This document shows, piece by piece, positions 48,927-59,397 of a DNA stretch of 64,000 nt (position 1 is its first letter; each line of letters starts with the position of its first letter). Where the stretch lies: assembly GCA_038150265.1 (NCBI GenBank), contig JAYOTF010000005.1:32001-96000 (forward strand). The letters are read 5' to 3'. Both the position numbers and the translations under genes were made by a program. A model generated the notes under the pieces. It saw only the letters and a program-made list of their open reading frames with translations, was not told the origin of the DNA and ran no database searches. Origin of the DNA: Deltaproteobacteria bacterium (GTDB lineage: Bacteria > SAR324 > NAC60-12).

Positions 48927-49688
48927 ATGACAGCAGCAGAGAAGCGAGTGGCCCTGGTGACCGGAGCCGGATCAGGAATTGGACGAGCCGCCGCCCTGGC
49001 TCTTCAGGGAGAAGGCTACCACGTCTTCCTCACGGGGCGGCGGGAGGACGCGCTGCAGGCGACCGCAGCGGAAGCTCAGGCCTCCGGAGGCGCTGTGCAT
49101 TGTGTTCCGGCTGATGTCGCGTCACCAGAGGAGGTGAGCCGCCTGTTTCAGCAAATTCAGGAAACGTACGGACGCCTGGATGTCCTCTTCAACAACGCAG
49201 GAGTGGGAGCGCCACCGGTGGGGTTTGACGAGCTGACATTTGAGGACTGGAAGCGGGTGGTGGACATCAACCTCAACGGCGCCTTTCTCTGCGCCCAGGC
49301 GGCCTTCCGGATGATGCGGGAGCAGACGCCGCAGGGTGGGCGCATCATCAACAATGGCTCCATTTCGGCACAGGTTCCGCGTCCGAATTCGGCTCCCTAC
49401 ACGGCGACCAAGCACGCCATCACCGGCCTCACCCGGAGCCTTTCGCTGGATGGGCGCCCCTACCGGATTGCCTGCAGTCAGTTGGATATCGGAAACGCGG
49501 AGACGCCGATGACGGCACGGATGAAGGACGGGGTGCCTCAGGCCAACGGAACCCGGCAACCCGAGCCGGTGATGGGGGTGCAGCATGTGGCCGACAGCGT
49601 GGTGCTGATGGCCAACCTGCCGCTGGAGGCGAATGTGCAGTTCATGACCCTGATGGCCACGAATATGCCCTTCATTGGGCGGGGTTAA
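48927..49688 (+). CDS. Short-chain dehydrogenase/reductase
   Basis: [29 protein letters not shown]. Confidence 0.9.
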   Translation: MTAAEKRVALVTGAGSGIGRAAALALQGEGYHVFLTGRREDALQATAAEAQASGGAVHCVPADVASPEEVSRLFQQIQETYGRLDVLFNNAGVGAPPVGFDELTFEDWKRVVDINLNGAFLCAQAAFRMMREQTPQGGRIINNGSISAQVPRPNSAPYTATKHAITGLTRSLSLDGRPYRIACSQLDIGNAETPMTARMKDGVPQANGTRQPEPVMGVQHVADSVVLMANLPLEANVQFMTLMATNMPFIGRG

Positions 49689-49702
49689 CGCTGGGCCGGA
49701 CG

Positions 49703-50713
49703 CTAGGGAAGGACCGGAAGGCGGGTGGTCACCATCTTGATGTACTGAGAGCGCTCAAATGCCGCCGGATTGTCCCCATGGAGGTGGCTGAGGCTTCCTT
49801 GCATCTGCTTGACCGACTCATACTCGTGGCGCTCCATCCACTCCACCAGGTCGCTTTTGATTTGTTCCAGGTGGGCCATGCCGTTCCAGAACAGCGCGGA
49901 GGCCATCATGGTCACCTTCGCCCCAACCATCAACAGCTTCAGGACGTCCTCGTGGCTGTGAATGCCACTGGTGGCAGCAAAGTCGACCCCAATCTTTCCA
50001 TACAGCAGCCCGATCCAGGTCAGCGGAAGCCGATGCTCTTCTGAGGACGAGAGCACCACCTTGGGCTTCAGGGTCAGCTCATCCAGGTCCACATCTGGCT
50101 GGTAGAAGCGGTTGAAGAGCACGAGCGCGTTGGCCCCGGCGCCTTCCAGTCGGCGGGCGACGTTGCCGAAGTTGGTGTAAAACGGGCTCAGCTTCACAGC
50201 AAGGGGAATCCGGGTTTGATCCCGGACGGTCCAGACGATGTTTTGCAGGGCCTGCTCCATCCCCTCGGCGCTCCGGTCCAGGTCGGTGGGCACCGAGTAC
50301 ACATTCAGCTCCAGCGCATCGGCGCCGGCCTGCTCAATTTCCTGGGCCAGTCGGGTCCACCCGCCGTTGGTTTCCCCATTGAGGCTGGCAATGACTGGAA
50401 TGCCAAGGCGTTGCTTGGCGCGCATGATCAGCTCCAGGTACTCCTCAGGTCCCACCTGCAACTCTGGGTGCTCCGGAAAGTAACTGGTGGCCTCGGCATG
50501 ACTCTCAGCGGTGTGGCTGAGGTGGAGGTCCAGAAAGCGCCCCTCATGAGCGAGTTGCTCCTCAAACAGCGAGGGCAGGACGATTGCTCCGGCTCCGGCA
50601 TCTTCAAGCCTCAGCAGGTTGTCCAGCTTCTCCGTCAGAGGAGACGCTGAAGGCACAAGCGGGGAGCTGAGTTCCATCCCCAGGTAGTGGGTGCTCAAGT
50701 CCATGATGCTCAC
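49703..50713 (-). CDS. Dihydroorotate dehydrogenase-like flavoprotein
   Basis: SPLVPSASPL, LPSLFEEQ, PVIASLNG, KLSPF, LFNRFYQPD, FERSQY. Confidence 0.88.
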   Translation of the reverse strand: MSIMDLSTHYLGMELSSPLVPSASPLTEKLDNLLRLEDAGAGAIVLPSLFEEQLAHEGRFLDLHLSHTAESHAEATSYFPEHPELQVGPEEYLELIMRAKQRLGIPVIASLNGETNGGWTRLAQEIEQAGADALELNVYSVPTDLDRSAEGMEQALQNIVWTVRDQTRIPLAVKLSPFYTNFGNVARRLEGAGANALVLFNRFYQPDVDLDELTLKPKVVLSSSEEHRLPLTWIGLLYGKIGVDFAATSGIHSHEDVLKLLMVGAKVTMMASALFWNGMAHLEQIKSDLVEWMERHEYESVKQMQGSLSHLHGDNPAAFERSQYIKMVTTRLPVLP

Positions 50714-53700
50714 TCCTGTTCAGGTTGTTGCGGAGCTGGCTCGGGAATCCAGCCAGCGAGGTGCTCATAGAAGCGTTGCCGTTCGTTGAGGCCCACCTCT
50801 GCGACCTGTTGCAGGTGTTTGGCGGTGTCCGGATCCGTCTGTCGGAGCATGCGGTAGCGGTTTTCCAAATCCTGGAACTGGCTGAGGTGAACGCCTGAGG
50901 GCTTGGAGTCCAGCTGCAGCGGTGGCTGGTGCAGGGCAATGCGCCGAGGATCAAAGCGGTACAGGGGCCAGCTTCCAGACTGCACCAGAGCCTTTTGGTG
51001 CTGCATCCCGGTGGTCATGTCAATGCCGTGGGCAATGCAGTGGCTGTAGGCAATGATCAGCGACGGTCCCGGATACGACTCGGCCTCAAGGAAGGCCCGG
51101 AGCGTGTGAGTATCCTTCGCGCCCATGGCCACGCTGGCGACATAGACGCTGCCGTAGCTCATTGCCATCATGCCCAGGTCCTTCTTCGCCTGCACCTTTC
51201 CTCCCATGGCAAACTTGGCCACGGCGCCCATCGGGGTGGATTTCGACTTCTGGCCACCAGTGTTGGAATACACCTCGGTGTCGAGCACCAGCACATTGAC
51301 GTCTCGGCCACTGGCAAGCACATGATCGAGTCCCCCAAAGCCAATGTCGTAAGCCCAGCCGTCTCCGCCGATGATCCACACACTCCGGCGGACCAGCGTC
51401 TCGGCAAGGGATTCAAGCCGGCGGGCCTGAGGCGTTTGCAGGGCCTGCAGCTTCTGCCGGAGTTGCGTCACGCGTTCTCGCTGCTCATGGATGCCGGCTT
51501 CGGTGCTCTGATCGGCTTCCAGGAGGGCCTGGACCCAGGTGTCTCCGAGCTCCGGAGCGAGTTGCTTCACCAGGGTGGTGGCCGTCTGCTGCTGCTGATC
51601 AAGGGTGACCCGGAAGCCCAGGCCAAATTCGGCGTTGTCTTCAAAGAGGGAGTTGGACCACGCGGGTCCGCGTCCTTCCGGAGTCTGTGCCCACGGCGTG
51701 GTGGGCAGGTTTCCGCCGTAAATGGAGGAGCACCCGGTGGCATTTGCCACAACCATGCGGTCTCCAAATAACTGAGACGCCAGCTTGACGTACGGGGTTT
51801 CTCCACATCCTGAACAGGCTCCGGAGAACTCGAACAGCGGCTGCTGAAACTGCTGCTGCGGAATCTTTCCGGCATCAATTCGGAGGCGGTCGGTCTCCGG
51901 AAGCGCGGTGAAGAACTTCCAATGGGCCGCCGAGGCTTCCCGTAGTGGCGCCTGTGGCTTCATGTTGATGGCCTTGAACTTGGTCTGCGACTTGTTCTTC
52001 GCGGGGCAGACATCGACACAGAGGCCGCAGCCGGTGCAGTCTTCTGGAGCAACAGCGAGCACATACTGCGCTCCTTCCCAAGTGCGGTCACGTGCTGGAA
52101 CAGAGAGGAAGCCTGCTGGTGCCGCGTCCAGCGCTTGGGGCTCCACGACCTTGGCGCGGATGACCGCGTGCGGACAGACCATCAGGCACTTGTTGCACTG
52201 AATGCAGGTCTTCGGGTCCCAGACCGGGATCTCGGCCGCAAGGTTGCGCTTTTCCCACTGGGCGGTTGCGGTTGGGAAGGTGCCGTCTTCCGGAAGCGCG
52301 CTGACTGGAAGCTGGTTTCCGCCATCGGCAATGATGCACCCCAGCACGTTTTTGACAAAATCCGGAGCCTCTTCCGGAACGGCAGGCTTGAACGCCAGAC
52401 GACTGCTGACCGTCTCCGGAAGCGGCACCTCGTGCACGGCCTGCATGGCTGCTTCGAGGGCCTTCAGGTTTTGCTCAACAACCGCAGTTCCCTTCGAGGC
52501 ATAGGTCTTCTTGACGGCGTTCTGAATGGCTTCGCGGGCCTGTTCTTCCGGAAGCACGCCACTGACCTTGAAGAAGGCCGCCTGCATGACCGTGTTGATG
52601 CGACGTCCCATGCCCACCTCCCGGGCAATGCGCTCCGCGTCAATGACGGTGAAGCGCATCCGCTTTTCCAACAGCTGCTCCTGAAGGGGACGCGGCAGGT
52701 GGTTCCAGGCGGCTTCCGGAGCATCTGGCGTGTTCAGCAGGAAGGTGGCTCCCGGAAGGGCCGAGGCAAGGACGTTGTGACGCTCCAGGAAGACGGGCTG
52801 GTGACAGCCAATGAAGTTGGCCTGCTCAATCAGGTACGGCGCTCGGATGGGCTCGGGTCCGAAGCGCAGGTGCGAGATGGTCATGGCTCCGGATTTCTTG
52901 GAGTCGTAGACGAAGTAGGCCTGAGCAAAGTGTCCGTCAAGGTCGCCGATGATCTTGATGCTGTTTTTGTTGGCCCCAACGGTTCCATCCGAGCCGAGGC
53001 CGTAGAAGATGGCCCGGAAGGTGTCTGGAGACTCAATGCGGAAGGACTCGTCCACGCTCAGGCTCAGGTGGGTGAGGTCGTCATCAATGCCCACGGTGAA
53101 GGGGTGCCGAGGTGAGTCGTCATGGAGGTGGTCGAGGGTGGCCTTGACCATCGCCGGGGTAAACTCCTTGGACGAAAGCCCGTAGCGTCCGCCCACCACC
53201 TGAGGTGCGTGCTCCCGCCAGCCCTGGCGGACGGCCTCGGGAAGCGCGGCGGCGACATCCAGAAACAGGGGCTCTCCCAACGCCCCCGGCTCCTTTGTTC
53301 GGTCGAGGACCGCCAGCTTCTGGACCGTCTTGGGAAGAACGGCAGCAAACCGCTGGACGTCGAAGGGGCGGTAGAGACGCACAGTGACCACTCCGACACG
53401 ATCTCCCTGTGCCTGGAGGTACCGGACGGTTTCCCGCGCCGTTTCCGCCCCTGATCCCATGAGCACCAGGACGCGCTCGGCTTCCGGGTGCCCGGTGTAC
53501 TCAAAGACCTGGTAGGCGCGGCCCGTTAGCTCAGCAAAGCGGTCCATGACCTGCTGGACGGTTTCCGGAACCTGTTGGTAGAAACGATTGGAGGCTTCCC
53601 GGGCCTGAAAGAAGACATCCGGGTTCTGGGCGGTTCCGCGCAGTACCGGGTGTTCCGGAGAAAGAGCGCGCTCGCGATGGGCCTGAATGGCCGACTCGGA

Positions 53701-54282
53701 GACCAGCTGCTCAAGAACCTCGTTGGGAAGGCGTTCGGAGGAGTTGAGCTCGTGCGAGGTCCGGAAGCCATCAAAGAAGTGCAGCACCGGCACTCGGGAA
53801 AGCAGCGTGGCCGCATGAGCAAGGGCGGCATGGTCTGCCGCTTCCTGGACGCTTCCGGAGGCCAGCATGGTCCAGCCAGCAGGACGCATGGCCATCACGT
53901 CGGAGTGGTCTCCGAAGATCGAGAGGGCATGTGTGGCAACCGAGCGGGCGGCCACGTGGATGACGGCTGGAGTGAGTTCGCCTGCAATCTTGTACAGGTT
54001 GGGAAGCATCAGGAGCAGGCCCTGCGACGCCGTAAACGTCGTGGCGAGTGCCCCGGTTTGCAGGGCGCCATGAAGCGCTCCGGCAGCTCCTCCTTCGCTT
54101 TGCATTTCCACAACATCCGGACGTCCGCCCCAGATGTTGTCGCGTTGACCGGCGCTCCAGGTGTCTGCCCACTCTCCCATCGGCGAAGATGGGGTAATGG
54201 GGTAGATGCAGACCACCTCACTCAGCCGGTAGGCGACATCAGCGACTGCTTCGTTGCCATCAAGAATGTGATGTGTGCCCAT
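50710..54282 (-). CDS. nifJ: Pyruvate:ferredoxin (flavodoxin) oxidoreductase
   Basis: YPITPS, EMQSEGGAAG, GLGSDGTVGANK, CIQCNKC/CTGCGLC ferredoxin motifs, GGDGWAYDIG. Confidence 0.96.
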   Translation of the reverse strand: MGTHHILDGNEAVADVAYRLSEVVCIYPITPSSPMGEWADTWSAGQRDNIWGGRPDVVEMQSEGGAAGALHGALQTGALATTFTASQGLLLMLPNLYKIAGELTPAVIHVAARSVATHALSIFGDHSDVMAMRPAGWTMLASGSVQEAADHAALAHAATLLSRVPVLHFFDGFRTSHELNSSERLPNEVLEQLVSESAIQAHRERALSPEHPVLRGTAQNPDVFFQAREASNRFYQQVPETVQQVMDRFAELTGRAYQVFEYTGHPEAERVLVLMGSGAETARETVRYLQAQGDRVGVVTVRLYRPFDVQRFAAVLPKTVQKLAVLDRTKEPGALGEPLFLDVAAALPEAVRQGWREHAPQVVGGRYGLSSKEFTPAMVKATLDHLHDDSPRHPFTVGIDDDLTHLSLSVDESFRIESPDTFRAIFYGLGSDGTVGANKNSIKIIGDLDGHFAQAYFVYDSKKSGAMTISHLRFGPEPIRAPYLIEQANFIGCHQPVFLERHNVLASALPGATFLLNTPDAPEAAWNHLPRPLQEQLLEKRMRFTVIDAERIAREVGMGRRINTVMQAAFFKVSGVLPEEQAREAIQNAVKKTYASKGTAVVEQNLKALEAAMQAVHEVPLPETVSSRLAFKPAVPEEAPDFVKNVLGCIIADGGNQLPVSALPEDGTFPTATAQWEKRNLAAEIPVWDPKTCIQCNKCLMVCPHAVIRAKVVEPQALDAAPAGFLSVPARDRTWEGAQYVLAVAPEDCTGCGLCVDVCPAKNKSQTKFKAINMKPQAPLREASAAHWKFFTALPETDRLRIDAGKIPQQQFQQPLFEFSGACSGCGETPYVKLASQLFGDRMVVANATGCSSIYGGNLPTTPWAQTPEGRGPAWSNSLFEDNAEFGLGFRVTLDQQQQTATTLVKQLAPELGDTWVQALLEADQSTEAGIHEQRERVTQLRQKLQALQTPQARRLESLAETLVRRSVWIIGGDGWAYDIGFGGLDHVLASGRDVNVLVLDTEVYSNTGGQKSKSTPMGAVAKFAMGGKVQAKKDLGMMAMSYGSVYVASVAMGAKDTHTLRAFLEAESYPGPSLIIAYSHCIAHGIDMTTGMQHQKALVQSGSWPLYRFDPRRIALHQPPLQLDSKPSGVHLSQFQDLENRYRMLRQTDPDTAKHLQQVAEVGLNERQRFYEHLAGWIPEPAPQQPEQE

Positions 54283-54750
54283 GAATTTTCTCCGAAACGG
54301 GTGTGGGTCAGCCTCGTTTCAAAGTATTCAAAAACTCAAACATTCCAGCCATTCGTAAATAGACGTAAGGTTGGCTGGAATGAAACGGGGCGCGTTCAGC
54401 AGGTGGGCTGCTGGGAGAAGGACAGAGCGGGGGAGGCTGGAACGGAGGTGGACTTGCGGAATTTTTCCGAGTGCGAAGGTTCTCCTCCATGCCGGGACGG
54501 AATCCCAGAGGCCAGGGAACGTCCCGCCAACTGAAGCAGTGAGCGGCGACTGAAGTTCAACATGTGTGTGATACCTATTTCAAGTATGAGTAATCGAATC
54601 TGACGACACCTAATTATGACGGTCAAATGTTTAGATTGATTGAGCGCTCCGTTGCATCCCTGCAAAAAGGGGCAACCGCAGGAGCCAGAGGATGTTGGAT
54701 GCTCTAGCAGAGGGCGTGCCAAATGAGGCGGAGGCGAGGGAACCGAAGGG

Positions 54751-56307
54751 TCAGGTCATCCCGGTCATCATGCGGCCGATTTGCTCGACACTGGCGTCAG
54801 ACCGGGGCAGGACGCCCACGATGCGTCCGTCAAAAAGAACGGCAATGCGATCGGAGAGGAGCATGAGCTCATCCAGATCTTCCGAGATCCACAACACCGC
54901 CAATCCTTCCTCCCGTCCGGCTCCGATGGATTCTCGAATGAAGCGGGTGGCATGAATATCCAGTCCGCGTGTGGGCTGACAGGCCAGCAGCACCTTGAGG
55001 GGGCGAGAGGTCTCTCTCGCGAGGATGACCTTCTGCATGTTTCCCCCAGAGAGCAGGCCCACCCGGGTCTTTTCAGAGGGAGCCCGGACATCGAACTCTC
55101 CCATTTTTTCATGACCATACTGCTGAATGGCTCTGTGCTGCAGCAGGGCATTTTGGAAAAATTGGGAATTTTGAAAATCCCGGAGCAGGAAGTTTTCGGC
55201 AATGGACATTCCGGAAGCCACTCCAAATTTTTTCCGGTCTTCAGGAATGTAGCCCACGCCCCGCTGAATGAGGTCGTTGACCTCTGGAGGCGCCAGCGTT
55301 TCGCCTTCAAACTGGAAGCGTCCGGAGGTGAGGGGGCGCAGGCCACAGAGGACCTCTGCCAACTCGCGCTGTCCATTTCCTGAAACTCCAGCCATGCCCA
55401 GCACCTCGCCGGCACGAAGCTCAAGGGAGACCCCCTTTAGCGCCGGGTGTCCCAAGTCGTTGACCGCATGAACCGCCTCAAGGGAGACAACGATGCGGCC
55501 CTGCTCGGATTCGGTGGGCTGCTGGGCCACTTGCTCCGCCTGAGCCTCTTGAAGGACCACGGCTTCATCGGCATCAAGCTGTGCCTTGGGGGCGTTGCCC
55601 ATCATCCAGGAGGCCAGGGCCTCCGGCGTGGTGTCTTCGCGCTGCAGCGTGGTCATCAGGCGCCCATGGTGAATGACGGTGATCCGGTGCGAAAGCGCCA
55701 TCACCTCCTTCATCTTGTGGGAAATGAAGAGCAGGGACTGCCCCTCCTGACTCATCCGCTGCATGATGCGGTAGAGCGCTTCAGACTCCTGAGGCGTCAA
55801 GACAGCGGTCGGCTCGTCCAGGATCAGGACCTGGGCTCCTCGGTACAGCACCTTGATGATTTCCACACGCTGCTGCTCGCCCACGGAGAGGTCTCGGACG
55901 CGGCGAGTTGGGTCGACCTCAAGGTTGTAGCGCTCGCTGATTTCCCGGATCTCCTGGTTGACCTTCCGGAAGTCGAGGGCCTGGGCGCCGGGCTGGCCGA
56001 GAATGATGTTTTCAGCGACCGTGTGGTTCCGGACCAGCATGAAGTGCTGAAAGACCATGCCGATGCCGTGCTCAATGGCCTGCCGGGGATTCCGGAAGAG
56101 AACGGGCTTGCCATGGATGCGGATCTCTCCCTCGTCGGGAGCATAGAGCCCGGCAATGATGCTCATCAGCGTGGACTTGCCGGCACCGTTTTCTCCAAGG
56201 ATCGTGTGGATTTCTCCGGCTCGCAGATCCAGGTCGATGTGATCGTTGGCAAGAACTCCGGGAAAGGCTTTGGTGATCCCCTGAAGTTCCAACACAGGAG
56301 GCGTCAT
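54751..56307 (-). CDS. Two-domain ABC ATPase, nucleoside/purine (CUT2) type
   Basis: GENGAGKSTLM, LSVGEQQRVE, DEPTAVL, SGGNMQK, QPTRGLD. Confidence 0.88.
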   Translation of the reverse strand: MTPPVLELQGITKAFPGVLANDHIDLDLRAGEIHTILGENGAGKSTLMSIIAGLYAPDEGEIRIHGKPVLFRNPRQAIEHGIGMVFQHFMLVRNHTVAENIILGQPGAQALDFRKVNQEIREISERYNLEVDPTRRVRDLSVGEQQRVEIIKVLYRGAQVLILDEPTAVLTPQESEALYRIMQRMSQEGQSLLFISHKMKEVMALSHRITVIHHGRLMTTLQREDTTPEALASWMMGNAPKAQLDADEAVVLQEAQAEQVAQQPTESEQGRIVVSLEAVHAVNDLGHPALKGVSLELRAGEVLGMAGVSGNGQRELAEVLCGLRPLTSGRFQFEGETLAPPEVNDLIQRGVGYIPEDRKKFGVASGMSIAENFLLRDFQNSQFFQNALLQHRAIQQYGHEKMGEFDVRAPSEKTRVGLLSGGNMQKVILARETSRPLKVLLACQPTRGLDIHATRFIRESIGAGREEGLAVLWISEDLDELMLLSDRIAVLFDGRIVGVLPRSDASVEQIGRMMTGMT

Positions 56308-56313
56308 GGATGC

Positions 56314-56670
56314 TTAGCTGCCGCGATAGGTCGTGAATCCAAAAGGACTGAGCAGGAGGGGGATGTGGTAGTGCTGATCGGGGTGTTCCAGGTGGAAGCG
56401 GATGTCGACTTCAGGATAGAAGCTGGACTGGCCCAGTTGCTCGAAGTAGGGGGCCACCGCAAAGCGCATGCGGTAGATGCCCGGGGGCAATTCAGTCTCC
56501 GGAGGCAGCAGGTCAGTGACCCGGCCATCGGCGTTGGTGAGGCCTTCTGCAAGAACCTCCCAGTGCTTCTGATCGCTCTTGAGGCGACTGAGGGAGACGG
56601 ACACTCCTGCAGCCGGACGGCCCAGGGCGGTATCCAGAATGTGCGTGGTGATCGGACTGATCGCGCTCAT
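56314..56670 (-). CDS. uraH: 5-hydroxyisourate hydrolase
   Basis: ITTHILDT..GRPA, TNADGR, HYHIPLLLSPFG and terminal YRGS. Confidence 0.95.
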   Translation of the reverse strand: MSAISPITTHILDTALGRPAAGVSVSLSRLKSDQKHWEVLAEGLTNADGRVTDLLPPETELPPGIYRMRFAVAPYFEQLGQSSFYPEVDIRFHLEHPDQHYHIPLLLSPFGFTTYRGS

Positions 56671-56832
56671 GAGGAACTCCAGAAGGTTTCAGGGGCACAG
56701 CCAAAACAGCTCTATACCTTGCGCCTCTTGTCCTCAATCCTCAAGCGGATTCCATGGCATCCCTGAGATCGTCGTCCCCCCACTCCTCAAAGAGAAGCAG
56801 GGGGAACTGGCGATGACTCATGGAAGTCTGTC

Positions 56833-58440
56833 TTAGCCCGCGGAGCCCTGGACGAGTCCGAGGACCGAGCGAGGCACCTGGTTGGCCTGAGCCACCATGG
56901 CCGTGCTGGCTTGCAGCATGATTTGGTCACTGGTGAGCTTCGACATCGTCTCGGCCACATCAGCATCCCGAATCATGGATTCCGCGTTGGTCAGGTTTTC
57001 CTCGGCAATCTTGAGGCTCTCCAGGTTGGCCTCCAGTGCGTTTTTCTGGAAACCGCCCAACTGGGCCCGGAATTGCGACACCTCGTCAATGACGCTTTCC
57101 ACGATCCGACCGGCATCCAGGGCACCCTGGGTGGAGGTCACATCCACGTCGGCCAGGCTTTCAAACCCACTCTTGTTGGGAATGCCCTGACCCAGTCGAC
57201 GGGACCGAACGTCAATGAAGGAGAACGACGGGGTGAACTCGTTGTTCGGGTGCACCGGGAACTCCTTGGACTGCTGGGAGATGTGCAGGTACCCTTCGAC
57301 GGGGCCGCCAACGACTTCCTCGTTGCTTTCTTCCACAAACTCCACACCCACCTGGGCTCCCTTCTCGTCAAAGACCGGAACCTCCTTGAGGCCGATTTCG
57401 CGAGTGTAGGCCACGGTGGCGCCACTGGCAGCGGTGCCTTCCAGAGCCGTCAGCAGCTGACCACGTCCCAGGGCGACTTCACCGTTGATGGTGCCCTCGA
57501 CGTTTTTGCCGGGAGAGGCCAGTTCCGCGACGTTGGCTTCTTGCGAAAGCACCCCGGCGATGGAGCTGGTGACCGAGAAGGACGGCTCATCTCCAAACTG
57601 GTTGTGCCGGACCATCAACTCGCCGTTGGGGGTCTCAAACACGTAGGTGTCGGTTCCAGCCGCATCCATCTCCTTTTGCAGAGCAAAGGTGATGATGCCC
57701 CGGATCTGAGAGCTCGCTTCCTGAGCCGTGAAGCGGTCGGGCGCAGCATCGTGATTCTTCAGAATCTGGGCAATGTCCTTGGCAATCTGCCCCTCACGCG
57801 TGTCCAGAGTGGCGTTCTTGCCGCCCTCGCTGATCACAATGAAGAGGCCGTTCCGGATGTTGTCCGTATTGATGACGGTGGTGCCCCGGACCTGAGCCTG
57901 GGTGCCGACTTGGGTGATGTCGATGTTCCAGCCCGACTCCGGAGAGTTCGGAGTGGAGGACTCGGCCGACACAAAGCGCAGGTGGTCACCGACGGTGACG
58001 CCGTTGGCGCCCATGCTGCCGTCCAGCAGACGCTTGCCGTTGAATTCCGTGTTGCGGGCAATCCGGTCCATGGTGCTCAACAGGTGCTCAATTTCCATTT
58101 GGTCAGCCTGGAGCATGTCCGGATCATTGACGGCCTCGTTGGCCGCGTGAACCGTCAGCTGCTTCAACCGAACGAGGATGCCACTGACTTCATTCAGGGC
58201 TCCTTCTGCGGTTTGAACCAGCGAAACCGAAGTGGAGGCGTTATTGTAGGCTTGCTGCAAGCCCACAATGTGCCCGCGCAATCGCTCGGAGGCAATGAGC
58301 GACGCAGGGCCGTCCGCTCCGCGGTTGATTTTTGTTCCCGAGCTCAGTTGCTCGATTCCACCCTTCACTCGATCGAAATTGCTGCTGGCATGCCGCAACG
58401 TCGTGAGGGAGGTGGGGTTTTGTCGAATTGTCATCGCCAT
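56833..58440 (-). CDS. fliC: Flagellin
   Basis: QLSSGTKINRGAD, QTAEGAL, TEFNGKRLLDG, RAQLGGFQ, IRDADVA, AQANQVP. Confidence 0.93.
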   Translation of the reverse strand: MAMTIRQNPTSLTTLRHASSNFDRVKGGIEQLSSGTKINRGADGPASLIASERLRGHIVGLQQAYNNASTSVSLVQTAEGALNEVSGILVRLKQLTVHAANEAVNDPDMLQADQMEIEHLLSTMDRIARNTEFNGKRLLDGSMGANGVTVGDHLRFVSAESSTPNSPESGWNIDITQVGTQAQVRGTTVINTDNIRNGLFIVISEGGKNATLDTREGQIAKDIAQILKNHDAAPDRFTAQEASSQIRGIITFALQKEMDAAGTDTYVFETPNGELMVRHNQFGDEPSFSVTSSIAGVLSQEANVAELASPGKNVEGTINGEVALGRGQLLTALEGTAASGATVAYTREIGLKEVPVFDEKGAQVGVEFVEESNEEVVGGPVEGYLHISQQSKEFPVHPNNEFTPSFSFIDVRSRRLGQGIPNKSGFESLADVDVTSTQGALDAGRIVESVIDEVSQFRAQLGGFQKNALEANLESLKIAEENLTNAESMIRDADVAETMSKLTSDQIMLQASTAMVAQANQVPRSVLGLVQGSAG

Positions 58441-58510
58441 GATGGACTCCTTGGTGGTACAAGTGAAAAACACTCTTCGGCAACGCTACCGTCGAGCGCT
58501 CTTGGGTCCA

Positions 58511-58537
58511 ACATCGGCAGTCGGGGGGAAAACTTTA
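58511..58537 (-). promoter_or_regulatory. Sigma-28 (FliA) promoter of flagellin
   Basis: Minus strand TAAA-N15-GCCGATGT, about 70 nt before the start. Confidence 0.85.
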
Positions 58538-58626
58538 GCGCAGAAACCGATTCGGGTGAAAAAACTTCAGAATCCGGAGGTCCGGTGAGGAAAGCGGGAA
58601 AACCAGAGGGGGGCTTCCCCGGAAGC

Positions 58627-59373
58627 TCAGAAGAAGAGGCTCTTGCCGAGGCCGAGCACACAGAGGCTGAGGAGGAGGATCAGGGTCAGGCGTCGGAAGG
58701 ATTCCGGAGGGGCGGAGACAAAGCGCCGGTTCCCCAGCCACACCCCGATCACCAGCGCCGGAAGGAAGGCCAGCACCCGCAAGGCGATGTCCCAGGAAAG
58801 CAGCTGCTGGGTACCGAGCCAGGAAACGGCATAAAGCTCTCCGGCAAACAGGTAGGCCACCAGCGTCGCACGAGACGTGGCCACCCCGGCCGGAGTCGCC
58901 AGGAAGAGCAGGACCACCGGAAGCCCTCCGACCGCCGCAAGGCCATTGGTGAAGCCCGAGACCATGCCGGTGCCAACGGTAAAGGCCCGTCCGCCGCCTT
59001 TTTCGAGGCGGATGCCCTTGAGCAGGAGGAGCGCGCAGATGAGGATCACCCCATAAACAAGGGGGCGGACCGAGGCGTCATCCAGCACCGCCAGCGCCAG
59101 GATGCCCAGTGGCATGGCCAAGGCGGCTCCCACGCCCAGCTCGCCCACCCGGCGCCAGTCCACCTCTCGCCACACCAGCGGAAGGAGGTGGAGGCTGGCG
59201 ACAATCTCCATGAGGAAGGCCGAGGGCACCACCTCCGCCGGAGGCAGCACCAGCGAATGCGTGGCCACCACAAGCGCGGAGAAGCCAAAGCCCGTGTAGC
59301 CCCGGACGACCCCGGCTCCCAACACCACGAGCCAGCATCCGGCCAATGCTTCCCACGAAAGTCCGGCCCACAT
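58627..59373 (-). CDS. TauE/SafE-family membrane protein
   Basis: GVVRGYTGFGFS and GFTNGLAAVGGLP repeats; multi-TM. Confidence 0.85.
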   Translation of the reverse strand: MWAGLSWEALAGCWLVVLGAGVVRGYTGFGFSALVVATHSLVLPPAEVVPSAFLMEIVASLHLLPLVWREVDWRRVGELGVGAALAMPLGILALAVLDDASVRPLVYGVILICALLLLKGIRLEKGGGRAFTVGTGMVSGFTNGLAAVGGLPVVLLFLATPAGVATSRATLVAYLFAGELYAVSWLGTQQLLSWDIALRVLAFLPALVIGVWLGNRRFVSAPPESFRRLTLILLLSLCVLGLGKSLFF

Positions 59374-59397
59374 GAGATTCCTTTTTTCAGTAAGAGG

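Noticed and set aside
54396..54563. Short minus-strand ORF beginning MLNFSRRSLLQLAG (Tat-like)
   Set aside because: No hydrophobic h-region or convincing RBS, and the remainder is low-complexity; probably chance within the nifJ upstream region.
54283..54750. FNR/CRP site or ncRNA upstream of nifJ
   Set aside because: Only half-sites (TGTGA, TTGAT) with wrong spacing; no RNA family recognised.
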